DNA of 64,000 bases from an uncultured delta proteobacterium (lineage in GTDB: Bacteria; Desulfobacterota; Binatia; Binatales; Binataceae): positions 1,984,001 to 2,048,000 of the forward strand of contig CAVXXK010000001.1 in the NCBI GenBank assembly GCA_963765675.1. Direction: 5' to 3'. Position numbers and translations under genes: made by a program. Below are positions 20,401 to 29,146 of this stretch, one piece after another (the first letter of the stretch is position 1; each line of letters begins with the position of its first letter). Below the pieces are notes generated by a model. It ran no database searches. It saw nothing but the letters and a program-made list of their open reading frames with translations, and was not told where the DNA came from.

Positions 20401-23400
20401 TGCGTCCACGCCAGCGTCACCGCTCGTTCGAACGCGGACGGGTCCTGATGCTTATCCACCAGGTCGAGGACCTGCGCTCGTGTCGGCGCGACCATAGTCC
20501 AGAACGCGACCCGCGCCGTGGCGCCCGCAGCAATTCGCACGCTGCGGCGAAGACTGAAAATCGGATCGAGAACGGTTCCGATCGTATTGGAGAGCGGCCG
20601 GCCGTCGATCACCGAAATTGGCGTGCGGGTGGCGCGCCCGCGTCCGAGAAAACGCGCGCGATCGGTTTCGAACTGTACGCCGCCGGCGGATTCGCCCTCG
20701 AGCACAGCGATATGCGCCGCCCAGATTTGAGGGTCCGACGGCGAGCGCGGCCGCCGCTTCGCCAGAAGAGCGCCGACCTCGGCCTCGAACTCCGTTTGCA
20801 CGAACATCTTGGAAAAGGCCGGATGGGCCGCGTCAGCCGCGTCAGGCGCCAGCACGATCTCGGCGTAGGAGGTCAGCTCGATCTCGCGAGCGCGGCTGCC
20901 GAGATTAGAGATCGAAACGCGGCGGACCTCGGCGTCGTCTTCGGGCGACACCGCCACCTCCAGGGTCGTCGTGATCGTGCCGTCGCGCCGCACGATCTCG
21001 GCCCGATCCTCGGAAAATTCGACTTCGTAACTGTCCGCCTCGACGCCGCTCGGCTGGTATCCGGCCGACCAGACCTTGGCGCTCTGTACGTCGCGCAGAA
21101 AGATGTACGAGCCCCACGAGTCGCAGGTGACGTCCTCTCGCCATCGCGTGACCGCCAAATCGCGCCAGCGGCTGAAGCCCGAGCCGGCAGCCGTGAGCAT
21201 CACGGTGTACCTGCCATTGGACAGCAGATGTGTGCGCGGGATCAGATCGTGCGGCGAATGAAAGCGGCGGATCGTTGGCGGAGTGATGTCGCGAATATTG
21301 GCGTCGGCGTTGACCTCTTCGGCGCGCGGCCTGGCGACGGCGACGTCGCGTGGAGTTCGCTCTTGCAACAACAGTTCGGTCGCCTGAATGATCGGGTCGG
21401 AGTGGAAGCGCGTCCGCATCACCCCGCGCAAAAGCGCGTCGGCGATCGCGACCAGAGTCATCCCCTGATGATGCGCCATGTACGCGCGCACGATCGCAAC
21501 CGCCTCGCCCTCCGGCACTCGTGACCGCGTATAGTCCAGCGCTTCATACCAGCCGAATCGGCCCAGGCCGCCAGCTTCACGCAGCCGCGAGAAATTCCGC
21601 GCCGCCGCCTCCGGATCGATCATCGCCGCGAGCGCGGTCGCATACGGCGCGATGACGGCGTTCTCCCGAAGTCCACGTTTAAGCCCCAGGCCGGGGACCC
21701 CGAAATTCGAGTACTGATAAGTGAGTTCGAGGTCTCTCGCGTTGTAGGCGGATTCCGAGATTCCCCACGGCACTCCGAGTTGCGCGCCATATTCCATCTG
21801 CCGACGAACAACCATCCGGTTGGTTTGTTCGAGCAAACTCCCCAGCGGCGCGCGCATCACCAACGAAGGCATCAGGTATTCGAACATCGAGCCCGACCAC
21901 GAGATCAGCGCCGAACCGCGGTCCACCGGCGTCATGCCGCGCCCAAGGCGAAACCAGTGCCGCGCCGATACGTCTCCCTTGGCGATCGCGACGAAACTCG
22001 CCAGCCGCGCCTCGGACGCGAGGAGATCGTAGCAGTTTGAATCAAGGCTGCCGTCGGCGACGCGGTATCCGATCGAAAATAGATGACGCGCGTGGTCGAA
22101 CAGGAAATCAAATTTCATCGCGTCGAAAATGTCTCCCGCAGTCGTAGCGAGCGCCGTAAGTCTTCGCTCCAGCACTCGGGCCGCTGAGCAGGAGTGGTTC
22201 AGTACGGCTGCAATCAGGTCGATCCGCGCAAGCGAATCGGCGGTCGTCCCGGGATTCGCCGCCAGCTCTGCCTTGTGCGATGCGAGGATCTCGAGCGCCT
22301 GCTCACAGCGGTCCGGCAGCTCGCCCAAGGTCGGGATCGAATCGAAGATAGAGCCGAACAGTTCTTCAGGAAGATTTCTGCAGATCGCTTTCGAGCCACT
22401 CGAGATTGAAGGCGCAATCGCCCACGGCATCAGCAGCTCGACCTCGCGCTGGTGGCTATTGATACAAGTGCGGATGGCGTTGGCCCATGCCAGTAGCCCG
22501 GCACCGGCGCTGTCGCCGCGCTCAGTGGTGAGAGTCTGGGCGATATCGATGACTGAATCGGCCTGGAGCGTTAGCTCCGCCAACTGTGCCGCGACAGCCG
22601 CTGGCGTTCGCGGTTGCGGCTGAAGCATCGCGGAAAGCGCCTCGAGCGCTTCATCAAGCTGTTTGGGAGTTACGCTCGAGGTGCGGAGATCGCCGGCGAG
22701 CGCCGGCAGAGACTCCCGAACGAGGGCGACCGCATCTTCAATCCCGGACCGCCAGGCCGAACCCACGATCGGGCGCTCGATCATCTCGCGGCAGGCGTTT
22801 CCAAACGCGATCAGGTGGCCGGCCAGGTTCCCGCTGTCCACCGACGAAACGTACTTAGGTTCGAGAGGACGCAGGTCGCGCGTCTCGTACCAGTTGTAGA
22901 AATGTCCGCGAAAGAGTTCGAGCTGGGTCATCGTTTCGACCGTGGCTTCGATTTTCTCCACCGTCGTATGCGTGCCAAGCCAGCCGAAATCGTGCGCGGC
23001 CACGATTGACAGCAGGTACAGGCCGAGGTTGGTCGGCGAGGTCCGATGCGCCAGCACGGGCTTCGGATCTTCCTGAAAGTTGTCGGGCGGAAGCATGTGG
23101 TCCTCCGCCGTCACGAACGTCTCAAAGAAACGCCAGGTGCGGCGCGCAGCCAGTCTGAGCGCGGTAGCGTCGGCTGCCGCGAGCGGTTTTAATCCCTGTA
23201 ATCGGGGCGGCTGGCTGACCCATCGCGCGATCCCCGGCGACAGAATCCACAGAATCGCAAACGGAGCCGCGATCAAACCGCCGCCGCGTCCTGCGAATCC
23301 GGCGACTGCGGCGGCCGCGATGCCCAGCGCGACGCCGCCAGCCATGCTGCGATAGAATCCTTGAAGATCGAGGCGGCGCGCCATCTTGGCCTGCGCGGCG

Positions 23401-26225
23401 GTCTTCCACTCGAGCATTTTCCGCCGGCTCACGAATAGCCGGTAGAGGGTTCGCGCGATCGCGTCGGTCATCAGCCACGCCTGATGCGCGAGCAAAGTAA
23501 TCTGCATCGCGAACTGCGTCGCCGCCGTCGAGATATCAGCGGCGACCGCGCGCACGTATGTGCGCTTGGAGAAACCAAGCCGCCGCGGCACCAGCCCGCT
23601 CAGCACCGGCAGCATCGCGGGAGTGGCTATCGTCGCCAGAACGAACCCAGTCCAGATCGCGGCGGAAATCGGCGCGAGAGTCCATCCCGCGATCAATGCC
23701 AGATAGGCGGCCGGCGCCGACAATGTGCGGCGCAGGTTGTCGATCATTTTCCAGCGTCCGACCAGCGGTATCACACGCCGGTGCCGCAGCGGCGTGGTCG
23801 AGCGCCGCTTTGGCTTTGATCGGTACCCACGCGCGAAGATCCAGGGTAGCAGTTGCCAATCGCCGCGAGCCCATCGATGCTGCCGTGCAGCGGCGACGTC
23901 ATAGCGAGGCGGAAATTCCTCGACCACCTCAATGTCGGAGGTTAATCCGGAGCGCGCGAAAATTCCCTCGAAAAGATCATGACTCAGCAGCGCGTTGTCC
24001 GGAACCCGGCCGTTCATCGCGGCTTCGAAAATGTCGACGTCGTAGATTCCCTTTCCGCTGAACGATCCTTCGCCGAACAGATCCTGGTACACATCGGAAA
24101 CCGCAAACGCGTAAGGATCGATACCGCTGGCGCTCGAGAAAACGCGCTGGAAGATCGAACCGTCGCGCCCCGTCGGCAGCGACGGCGTCACTCGCGGCTG
24201 AAGCACCCCGTACCCCGCGACCACGCGGCCGCAATCGACGTCGAACTCAGGACCGTTGAGTGCGTGAGCCATCTTGCCGACCATCCGCTTCGCGGCTCCG
24301 CGCGGTAGGCGGGTGTCAGCATCAAGGGTGATCACGTAGCGGACCCCGGCGGGCACGACGGGGGGCCGTCCGCCAATCGCGATGAAGTTGGTGTCGGTAG
24401 CGCCGCGCAGTAGCCGATTAAGCTCTTGAAGTTTTCCGCGTTTGCGCTCCCATCCCATCCACTTTCCCTGAGCGGCGTTCCAGGAACGCCGGCGATGGAG
24501 CAGAAGAAATCGCTCGCCGTCGGACGCGGGTCCATGGCGATCGTTCAAGCGTGCGATCGCCGCAGCGGCAGCCCCCAGAAGCTCTTCGTCGCCGGGCGCC
24601 GTTTCAGCGGTATGGTCAGTCCAATCCGAGAGCAGAGCGAATCGAAGGTCGCCGTCCTGACTCGCCAGGTAGTGCACCTCGAGCCGCTCGACTTGCTCCT
24701 CGATCTCCTGTTGCGTCGTCAGGAGCGTGGGCACCACAAGCATCGTGCGCAGTTCGGCGGGTACTCCGTCGCGAAGCTCGAGGCCGGGCAGAGGAGTCGG
24801 GCCGATAAAGAAGGCGACCGCACGGTTCACCAACGCGACCGCCGCATCCGCGGCGGGAATCACCGAGAGAATCGCCAGGATGACGCCGGTCCATCCGGAC
24901 ACGCCGGATTTCCACAACAGGTAGAAAACCAGAATCACAATGATCGCGGTGATGGTCGCGATCGCCCCTAGGTAGTCCAGAAGCCCTGCAGTCGCGTTGG
25001 CGTGGGCGATCCGGTCGCGCAAGGGCGGGCGGAATCCGATCTCTTTTTCGATCAACTTACGCCCGGCCGAAATCAGGTAGTAGCCCGGATCCTGCTCGCG
25101 CCGAACGGTCGTGCTGCTGCGGCCGGAACCCTCGGGCGCCGCGCGCTTGACAGCCGCAATCGCGAGCTGGGCGATCTCGATCTCGGTGCGGTGCGTGCCA
25201 CGAGCCAATTCTTCGATCGCGTGCCGATAGAGATCGCGGGTCGGAAAATCCATCGCCGCGAAGTTGCTGTTCGCGCGCAACACCGCATCCACCTGGCTGA
25301 CGCTTTCGAAAAAATCGGCCCAATCGACCGCGGACATGAAGCGCATGCTCGTGATCACGTTGCGCACGGTCACGTTCATCGCGCCTTGCTCGTGATGCTC
25401 CTTGTTCACGCTTTCGTCGGCCGTGGTCCCCTGCGCGAGCAGGCGGCGGTCCAGCCACAAAAGCGCCGGCGTAACTTTGGGATCCTGATCGCGCAGACGC
25501 TGCACCAGTTGGACCGCAAAGGCCTGCGGCAACGGCGTGTGATCGAGCCCCTTGAGGACGGTTTCCGCAGGCTCCGCTTCGCGCCCGCCGATTCCGAGCA
25601 GCCGATTCGCCAGGACGTCGGCATGTTGACGAGCCGCGCGGCCATTGACAATTCGGTCGGCCGAACGCCGCAGATTTTCCACCAGAACGATTCTCAGCGT
25701 GATCGCCACTGCCCAGAGCTCGCCGATCGCGAGCGGCTGCACGCGCTGATAGGCCTGCACAAATTTGGCGAGCATCTGCGGATCGAACCTGCTGTCGGTA
25801 TGCGCGACAAAGGCCCACGCGATTCCGAACACGCGTGGGTAGCCCTCCAGGGGGCCATCGGCAAGTTTTGGCAATTGACGGTAGTAGCCTCGCGGAAGGT
25901 CGTCGCGGATTTCCCGAATCTGTTCTTCGACGACGTGAAAGTTGTCCACCAGCCATTCCGCCGCGGGCGTAATGGCCCGTTCCTCGCGGATCGCGGTGGC
26001 GATGCTCCGATATGCGGCCAGCAACACCCGGCCGTTGTCGCGCAGACGCGTTGCCAGCCGCCGCCCGGTCTTTGGATTCATCGTGACCGGCTGCGCTGCG
26101 GCCAGACTCTCGGCGTGTTGCTCCAGACGCTCGATTCCGAACAGTTCGGCGAGGATCGGCGCGTCGGCGTTAGTGGTGAAGACGGAGGGGGGAGCCTTCA
26201 GAGCCCGAAAGGACACCAGATTCAC
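17403..26225 (-). CDS. ndvB: Cyclic beta-1,2-glucan synthase (Cgs/NdvB/ChvB; GT84 + transglycosylase + GH94)
   Basis: 2940 aa; AEWLVDNF, WMGWERKRGKL, VITLDADT, LLSHDLFEG, RQHRWARGDWQ, RTSPTN, YDLLASEARL, GAYGFRDQLQD, GDWNDG, RENGGQYT. Confidence 0.95.
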   Translation of the reverse strand: MNLVSFRALKAPPSVFTTNADAPILAELFGIERLEQHAESLAAAQPVTMNPKTGRRLATRLRDNGRVLLAAYRSIATAIREERAITPAAEWLVDNFHVVEEQIREIRDDLPRGYYRQLPKLADGPLEGYPRVFGIAWAFVAHTDSRFDPQMLAKFVQAYQRVQPLAIGELWAVAITLRIVLVENLRRSADRIVNGRAARQHADVLANRLLGIGGREAEPAETVLKGLDHTPLPQAFAVQLVQRLRDQDPKVTPALLWLDRRLLAQGTTADESVNKEHHEQGAMNVTVRNVITSMRFMSAVDWADFFESVSQVDAVLRANSNFAAMDFPTRDLYRHAIEELARGTHRTEIEIAQLAIAAVKRAAPEGSGRSSTTVRREQDPGYYLISAGRKLIEKEIGFRPPLRDRIAHANATAGLLDYLGAIATITAIIVILVFYLLWKSGVSGWTGVILAILSVIPAADAAVALVNRAVAFFIGPTPLPGLELRDGVPAELRTMLVVPTLLTTQQEIEEQVERLEVHYLASQDGDLRFALLSDWTDHTAETAPGDEELLGAAAAAIARLNDRHGPASDGERFLLLHRRRSWNAAQGKWMGWERKRGKLQELNRLLRGATDTNFIAIGGRPPVVPAGVRYVITLDADTRLPRGAAKRMVGKMAHALNGPEFDVDCGRVVAGYGVLQPRVTPSLPTGRDGSIFQRVFSSASGIDPYAFAVSDVYQDLFGEGSFSGKGIYDVDIFEAAMNGRVPDNALLSHDLFEGIFARSGLTSDIEVVEEFPPRYDVAAARQHRWARGDWQLLPWIFARGYRSKPKRRSTTPLRHRRVIPLVGRWKMIDNLRRTLSAPAAYLALIAGWTLAPISAAIWTGFVLATIATPAMLPVLSGLVPRRLGFSKRTYVRAVAADISTAATQFAMQITLLAHQAWLMTDAIARTLYRLFVSRRKMLEWKTAAQAKMARRLDLQGFYRSMAGGVALGIAAAAVAGFAGRGGGLIAAPFAILWILSPGIARWVSQPPRLQGLKPLAAADATALRLAARRTWRFFETFVTAEDHMLPPDNFQEDPKPVLAHRTSPTNLGLYLLSIVAAHDFGWLGTHTTVEKIEATVETMTQLELFRGHFYNWYETRDLRPLEPKYVSSVDSGNLAGHLIAFGNACREMIERPIVGSAWRSGIEDAVALVRESLPALAGDLRTSSVTPKQLDEALEALSAMLQPQPRTPAAVAAQLAELTLQADSVIDIAQTLTTERGDSAGAGLLAWANAIRTCINSHQREVELLMPWAIAPSISSGSKAICRNLPEELFGSIFDSIPTLGELPDRCEQALEILASHKAELAANPGTTADSLARIDLIAAVLNHSCSAARVLERRLTALATTAGDIFDAMKFDFLFDHARHLFSIGYRVADGSLDSNCYDLLASEARLASFVAIAKGDVSARHWFRLGRGMTPVDRGSALISWSGSMFEYLMPSLVMRAPLGSLLEQTNRMVVRRQMEYGAQLGVPWGISESAYNARDLELTYQYSNFGVPGLGLKRGLRENAVIAPYATALAAMIDPEAAARNFSRLREAGGLGRFGWYEALDYTRSRVPEGEAVAIVRAYMAHHQGMTLVAIADALLRGVMRTRFHSDPIIQATELLLQERTPRDVAVARPRAEEVNADANIRDITPPTIRRFHSPHDLIPRTHLLSNGRYTVMLTAAGSGFSRWRDLAVTRWREDVTCDSWGSYIFLRDVQSAKVWSAGYQPSGVEADSYEVEFSEDRAEIVRRDGTITTTLEVAVSPEDDAEVRRVSISNLGSRAREIELTSYAEIVLAPDAADAAHPAFSKMFVQTEFEAEVGALLAKRRPRSPSDPQIWAAHIAVLEGESAGGVQFETDRARFLGRGRATRTPISVIDGRPLSNTIGTVLDPIFSLRRSVRIAAGATARVAFWTMVAPTRAQVLDLVDKHQDPSAFERAVTLAWTQAQVQLHHLRVGSDEAHLFQRLANRVFYSDPTLRPSAEVLKRNEGGQSKLWSSGISGDLPIVLVRIDEAEDLEIVRELVRAHDYWRMKHFDVDLVIMNERPPSYDQDLQSGLEGLVRANQARPSGDGAARGRVFVLRADLVSAEVRNILPAVARAVLLSRRGTLSQQLKRLEMILPAAAPPLRRAPMIRQTGASPPRPALEFFNGLGGFTADGREYVTILGEGQWTPAPWINVIANPSFGFQVSVEGAGYTWSINSKENQITPWSNDPVGDRPGEVIYVRDEDTNELWSPTALPIREEPASYSVRHGQGYTVFEHTSHGVSLELEQFVPIDDSIKISRLKIRNLQARSRRLAVTAYVEWVLGTARGASAPFIVTEIDSASHAMLARNSYSIEYGTRVAFADLGGNQLSWTGDRTEFLGRNGSLDNPAALAGAAPLSNRVGAALDPCGALQTRVELKANGTTEIVFFLGEAATRPDAISIIAKYRKADLDAVRATITRQWDDVLGTVQVKTPDRSVDIMLNRWLLYQTLSCRVWARSAFYQASGAYGFRDQLQDVMALAVPRPAIMKEHLLRAASRQFTEGDVQHWWLPPSGQGVRTRISDNRIWLPYAVAHYVEVTNDHAILGETVPFLEGPALHAGEDEAYFLPTVSDEHASLYEHCARALDVSLAVGIHGLPLIGSGDWNDGMNRVGDAGRGESIWLGWFLFDALSSFAQLAQERGDQSRATIWRHHAAKLRGALDREGWDGGWYRRAYFDDGTPIGSASSLECRIDSIAQSWGVISGAANPARAAIAMAAVDEYLVGRDGGLVLLFTPPFDHTPLDPGYIKGYPPGLRENGGQYTQAALWSVIGFAMLGDGDKAAELFSILNPINHSNTRASMHRYKVEPYVVSADIYSTSPNVGRGGWTWYTGSAGWMYRTGLEWILGFRLRGETLLLDPSIPSGWRGYEITFKYHSARYEISVENPRRVSRGVSLLELDGKEIQARQIRLADDGAIHHVRVVLG

Positions 26226-26324
26226 GCGCGCCCCTCAGAATAAAGAAGCGCCGAGCGGTCTAATTTCATCTCGTGTCGTTTCATTTCGTTCGTCAGCGGA
26301 CAAATAACTGCGCCAGCGCGGCAA

Positions 26325-26487
26325 GTGCCGATGCGACACCGCGCGTTGGGAGGACGCGATTCATCAGGCACCGGGTTGCGATTGGTCGGGAACTACCGCG
26401 ACTCCAATAAACCTGCGCAAACCCGCTTTGGACGCGAAATCCGCGTCCGCGCAGGCGTACATCCATCCTACGTCCGTGGGCGGGTTT
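26325..26487. other. Densely base-paired intergenic element (candidate structured RNA or degenerate REP)
   Basis: Perfect complementary pairs CCTGCGC/GCGCAGG, AAACCCGC/GCGGGTTT, GGACGCG/CGCGTCC plus two further hairpins. Confidence 0.4.
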
Positions 26488-26538
26488 TTGCTGGAAATAT
26501 TTTGAATCAGGAGTACGCCGAATTCGGCGCAGACAGGT

Positions 26539-27330
26539 TCACCATTCGTCGGTCGACAGCGGCAGGAACGGACGGAACGCACCATACAGAGCGATAAACA
26601 ATAGCAGCGCGAACGGTGCGATCATTCCCAGGAGCTCCCATCGCCGGATCGAAAAACCGCCGCAGACCGCGCCGATAAGATATGCTGTCCATAAGCCGAG
26701 AGTCAGCGCGCTGCGCTGAAAGGGAAGCGTGCGGGGCGAGACCCTGAGGACCTTCATGATCCGGCTGCGAAAACGACGATGGGTTCGATCGCGTATCCAG
26801 AACAGGTATTCCGCCAGGCTTTCGGCGAATTTCACCAATGTCCCGGTAACGAACGTCGTATAGACATTTATCCCGCCGACCTTTCTGATGACGACGTTCT
26901 GGATCCCCATCGGGATCGCCAGCAGCGCCACCATCACGAAGAACTTGCCCGCGGGCTGCGGCGGAATATTCGCCTTGAAACCGCTTCCGATTCCCGCCGC
27001 GATGAAGATCGCGATCATCACAGCCTCGAGGCCTATCGCCGGTGGGAAGGGGACCTTGATCCTCCGGCGTTCCTCCGCCTCGTAAATAAACGCTCCCAGC
27101 AACAGCCCGAAAACAAACATTGCGATCGGCCATCCGCGACGCACGACGCCGGCCCATTGCAGCTCGGAAATATGCCGCGCCATCCCGACCGTGTTTCCGG
27201 TCATGTTTGCGGTATAGAGTCCGAACAGAGAAACGAAGCCAACCAGATCGACAAAGCCGGCAGCCCAGGTCATCGCAACTGCGATATTGACCCTCTCGAG
27301 AGTAGTGAGCGGCCCGACCTGATTGCGCAA
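26539..27330 (-). CDS. YoaK/DUF1275 family membrane protein
   Basis: AGFVDLVGF, YTANMTGNTV, MGIQN, YTTFVTG. Confidence 0.88.
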   Translation of the reverse strand: MRNQVGPLTTLERVNIAVAMTWAAGFVDLVGFVSLFGLYTANMTGNTVGMARHISELQWAGVVRRGWPIAMFVFGLLLGAFIYEAEERRRIKVPFPPAIGLEAVMIAIFIAAGIGSGFKANIPPQPAGKFFVMVALLAIPMGIQNVVIRKVGGINVYTTFVTGTLVKFAESLAEYLFWIRDRTHRRFRSRIMKVLRVSPRTLPFQRSALTLGLWTAYLIGAVCGGFSIRRWELLGMIAPFALLLFIALYGAFRPFLPLSTDEW

Positions 27331-27467
27331 TCTGGATTACCCTGCCGTGTGGCGAAATCGGGAACGCATTTGACCCTGTGGGCGCAAGAATATAGACATC
27401 TCTTGCTCTCTTCCACCTCACTTACTCGCCGTATACGCACGCGAATTCGACTAATCTTGAAATTGAG

Positions 27468-28784
27468 ATGCCTCTGAAAATTCCCGCCGGTTCTCGAGAT
27501 TCGTCCGAAGACGCAATGCTGGACAAGCTCCAGCGGGAAACGCTCGACTATTTCCTGCATGAATCAAACCCAAAGAATGGCCTGATACTGGATAAGACCA
27601 AAAAAGATTCTCCCGCCAGCATCGCCGCTACCGGGCTCGCCCTGGCGTCGTATCCAGTAGGAGTCGAGCGCGCCTTTCTGACTCGCGAAGACGCGATCAC
27701 CAGAACGCTCGCGGCGCTTCGGTTTTTCGCCTCGAGCCCGCAAGGAACGGAGCCGGACGCGACGGGATATCGCGGATTTTACTATCACTTTCTCGACTTG
27801 AAGACCGGCAGGCGCGCATGGAAGTGCGAGCTCTCTACCATCGACTCCGCGATTCTGCTTGCCGGCGCTCTGACCGCCGCGATGTACTTCGAGCGCGATA
27901 CTTCCGACGAACGCGAGATTCGCGAGCTTGCCGATTCGCTCTACCGCCGCGCGGATTGGCATTGGGCGCAGAACAATGGGCTGACGGTCAGCCACGGATG
28001 GCACCCCGAAACCGGATTCATCAAATACCGATGGGAAGGCTACGACGAGGCTTTGATCCTGTATGCCCTGGCCCTCGGCTCGCCGACGTTTCCGCTGCCT
28101 GCCGAGAGCTATCGCGCGTGGAGCTCCACCTACGAATGGAAGAGCATTTACGATGTCGAGTTTCTGTATGCGGGCCCGCTCTTCATTCATCAGTTGTCGC
28201 ATCTGTGGCTCGATCTGCGCGGGATCCAGGACGACTTCATGCGCGGCAAGGGCATCGACTATTTTGAAAATAGCCGCCGCGCGACGCTGGTTCAGCAACT
28301 CTATGCGATCCGCAACCCTCATCAGTTCGCGCAGTACGGCGAGCATTGCTGGGGCATCACCGCGAGCGACGGTCCCGGACCGATGACGCTGCGGGTTGCG
28401 GGGATCGCGCGCAACTTCTTCGGATACGAGGCCCGCGGCGCTCCCTTCGGCCCCGACGACGGCACTATCGCGCCGTGGGCGGTCGTCGCGTCGTTGCCAT
28501 TCGCGCCGGAGATCGTCCTGCCGACGGTCAAGCATTTCAACGAGCTGCACCTGCGGGGAACCAACCCATACGGCTTCAAGGCGACCTTCAATCCTACCTA
28601 TCCCGACGAGAGCGGACGCACCTTCGGCTGGATAACTCCGTGGCACTACGGACTGAACCAGGGACCGATCGTCATGATGATCGAGAATTTCCGCACGGGG
28701 CTTTTGTGGGAGCTGATGCGGCGCTGTCCCTACGTGGTCGAGGGATTGCGGCGCGCGAATTTTCGCGGCGGATGGTTATCGTGA
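27468..28784 (+). CDS. GH144-like (glucoamylase family) beta-1,2-glucanase
   Basis: ASIAATG, GFYYHFLD, ELSTIDSAIL, WEGYDEA, GPLFIHQ, WGITASDGP, DDGTIAP, GLNQGPI; no signal peptide seen. Confidence 0.85.
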   Translation: MPLKIPAGSRDSSEDAMLDKLQRETLDYFLHESNPKNGLILDKTKKDSPASIAATGLALASYPVGVERAFLTREDAITRTLAALRFFASSPQGTEPDATGYRGFYYHFLDLKTGRRAWKCELSTIDSAILLAGALTAAMYFERDTSDEREIRELADSLYRRADWHWAQNNGLTVSHGWHPETGFIKYRWEGYDEALILYALALGSPTFPLPAESYRAWSSTYEWKSIYDVEFLYAGPLFIHQLSHLWLDLRGIQDDFMRGKGIDYFENSRRATLVQQLYAIRNPHQFAQYGEHCWGITASDGPGPMTLRVAGIARNFFGYEARGAPFGPDDGTIAPWAVVASLPFAPEIVLPTVKHFNELHLRGTNPYGFKATFNPTYPDESGRTFGWITPWHYGLNQGPIVMMIENFRTGLLWELMRRCPYVVEGLRRANFRGGWLS

Positions 28785-28818
28785 GTTGTCCGGGGCAGAA
28801 TCGAGGAAAATTTTCTTA

Positions 28819-28847
28819 TTGACGGTCGCCCGGTACCGCCAGAAAAT
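28819..28847 (+). promoter_or_regulatory. Candidate sigma70-type promoter of the SEC-C microprotein
   Basis: TTGACG-17 bp-GAAAAT with an AT-rich tract just upstream. Confidence 0.5.
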
Positions 28848-28877
28848 GGGGTATCAAACGGATGGAGGTGATGTTTT

Positions 28878-28952
28878 ATGCCACAGCCCAATGACAAATG
28901 TCCGTGCGGTTCCGGCAAGGCTTACAAGGATTGTTGCGGCAAGGCCAAATAG
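28878..28952 (+). CDS. Stand-alone SEC-C (SecA metal-binding domain) microprotein, 24 aa
   Basis: MPQPNDKCPCGSGKAYKDCCGKAK*; SD GGAGGTG 7 nt upstream; below the ORF-track cutoff. Confidence 0.85.
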   Translation: MPQPNDKCPCGSGKAYKDCCGKAK

Positions 28953-29008
28953 GATAGTCGTCAACGCCGGCTTGCAGAATCGCGCAAGTTCTCACGAAGT
29001 TCCTAACT

Positions 29009-29050
29009 GAAGGCGGGCCCGGATTCTCCGGCCCCGCCTTCTCGCGTTTT
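29009..29050 (+). terminator. Probable intrinsic terminator / stable hairpin
   Basis: GAAGGCGGG-C-CCGGA TTC TCCGG-C-CCCGCCTTC stem followed by TCGCGTTTT. Confidence 0.55.
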
Positions 29051-29146
29051 CGGTCCTCATGGCGACTGGTTTGATCAGCCGGGGGTGGTTTCGATAGCCT
29101 TGATATAGGCGCGGACGAGCGCCTCGCGATCTATCGGAGGGCAACC

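Noticed and set aside
19623-21524. 633-aa + strand ORF (also 413 aa at 25002-26243) antisense to cgs
   Set aside because: Shadow ORFs typical of GC-rich codon bias; Arg/His-rich, no motifs, overlapping a clearly real gene
26340-26370. CTGATGA on the - strand suggesting a hammerhead ribozyme
   Set aside because: No GAAA after stem II and no stem III/cleavage triplet arrangement
27362-27387. GGAAC-N17-CGCA as an EcfG-type stress promoter for the GH144-like gene
   Set aside because: The -10 element deviates from CGTT, and no matching motif was found upstream of ku or ligD
26507-27421. 304-aa alternative-frame ORF over yoaK
   Set aside because: No motifs; the YoaK frame carries the family signatures
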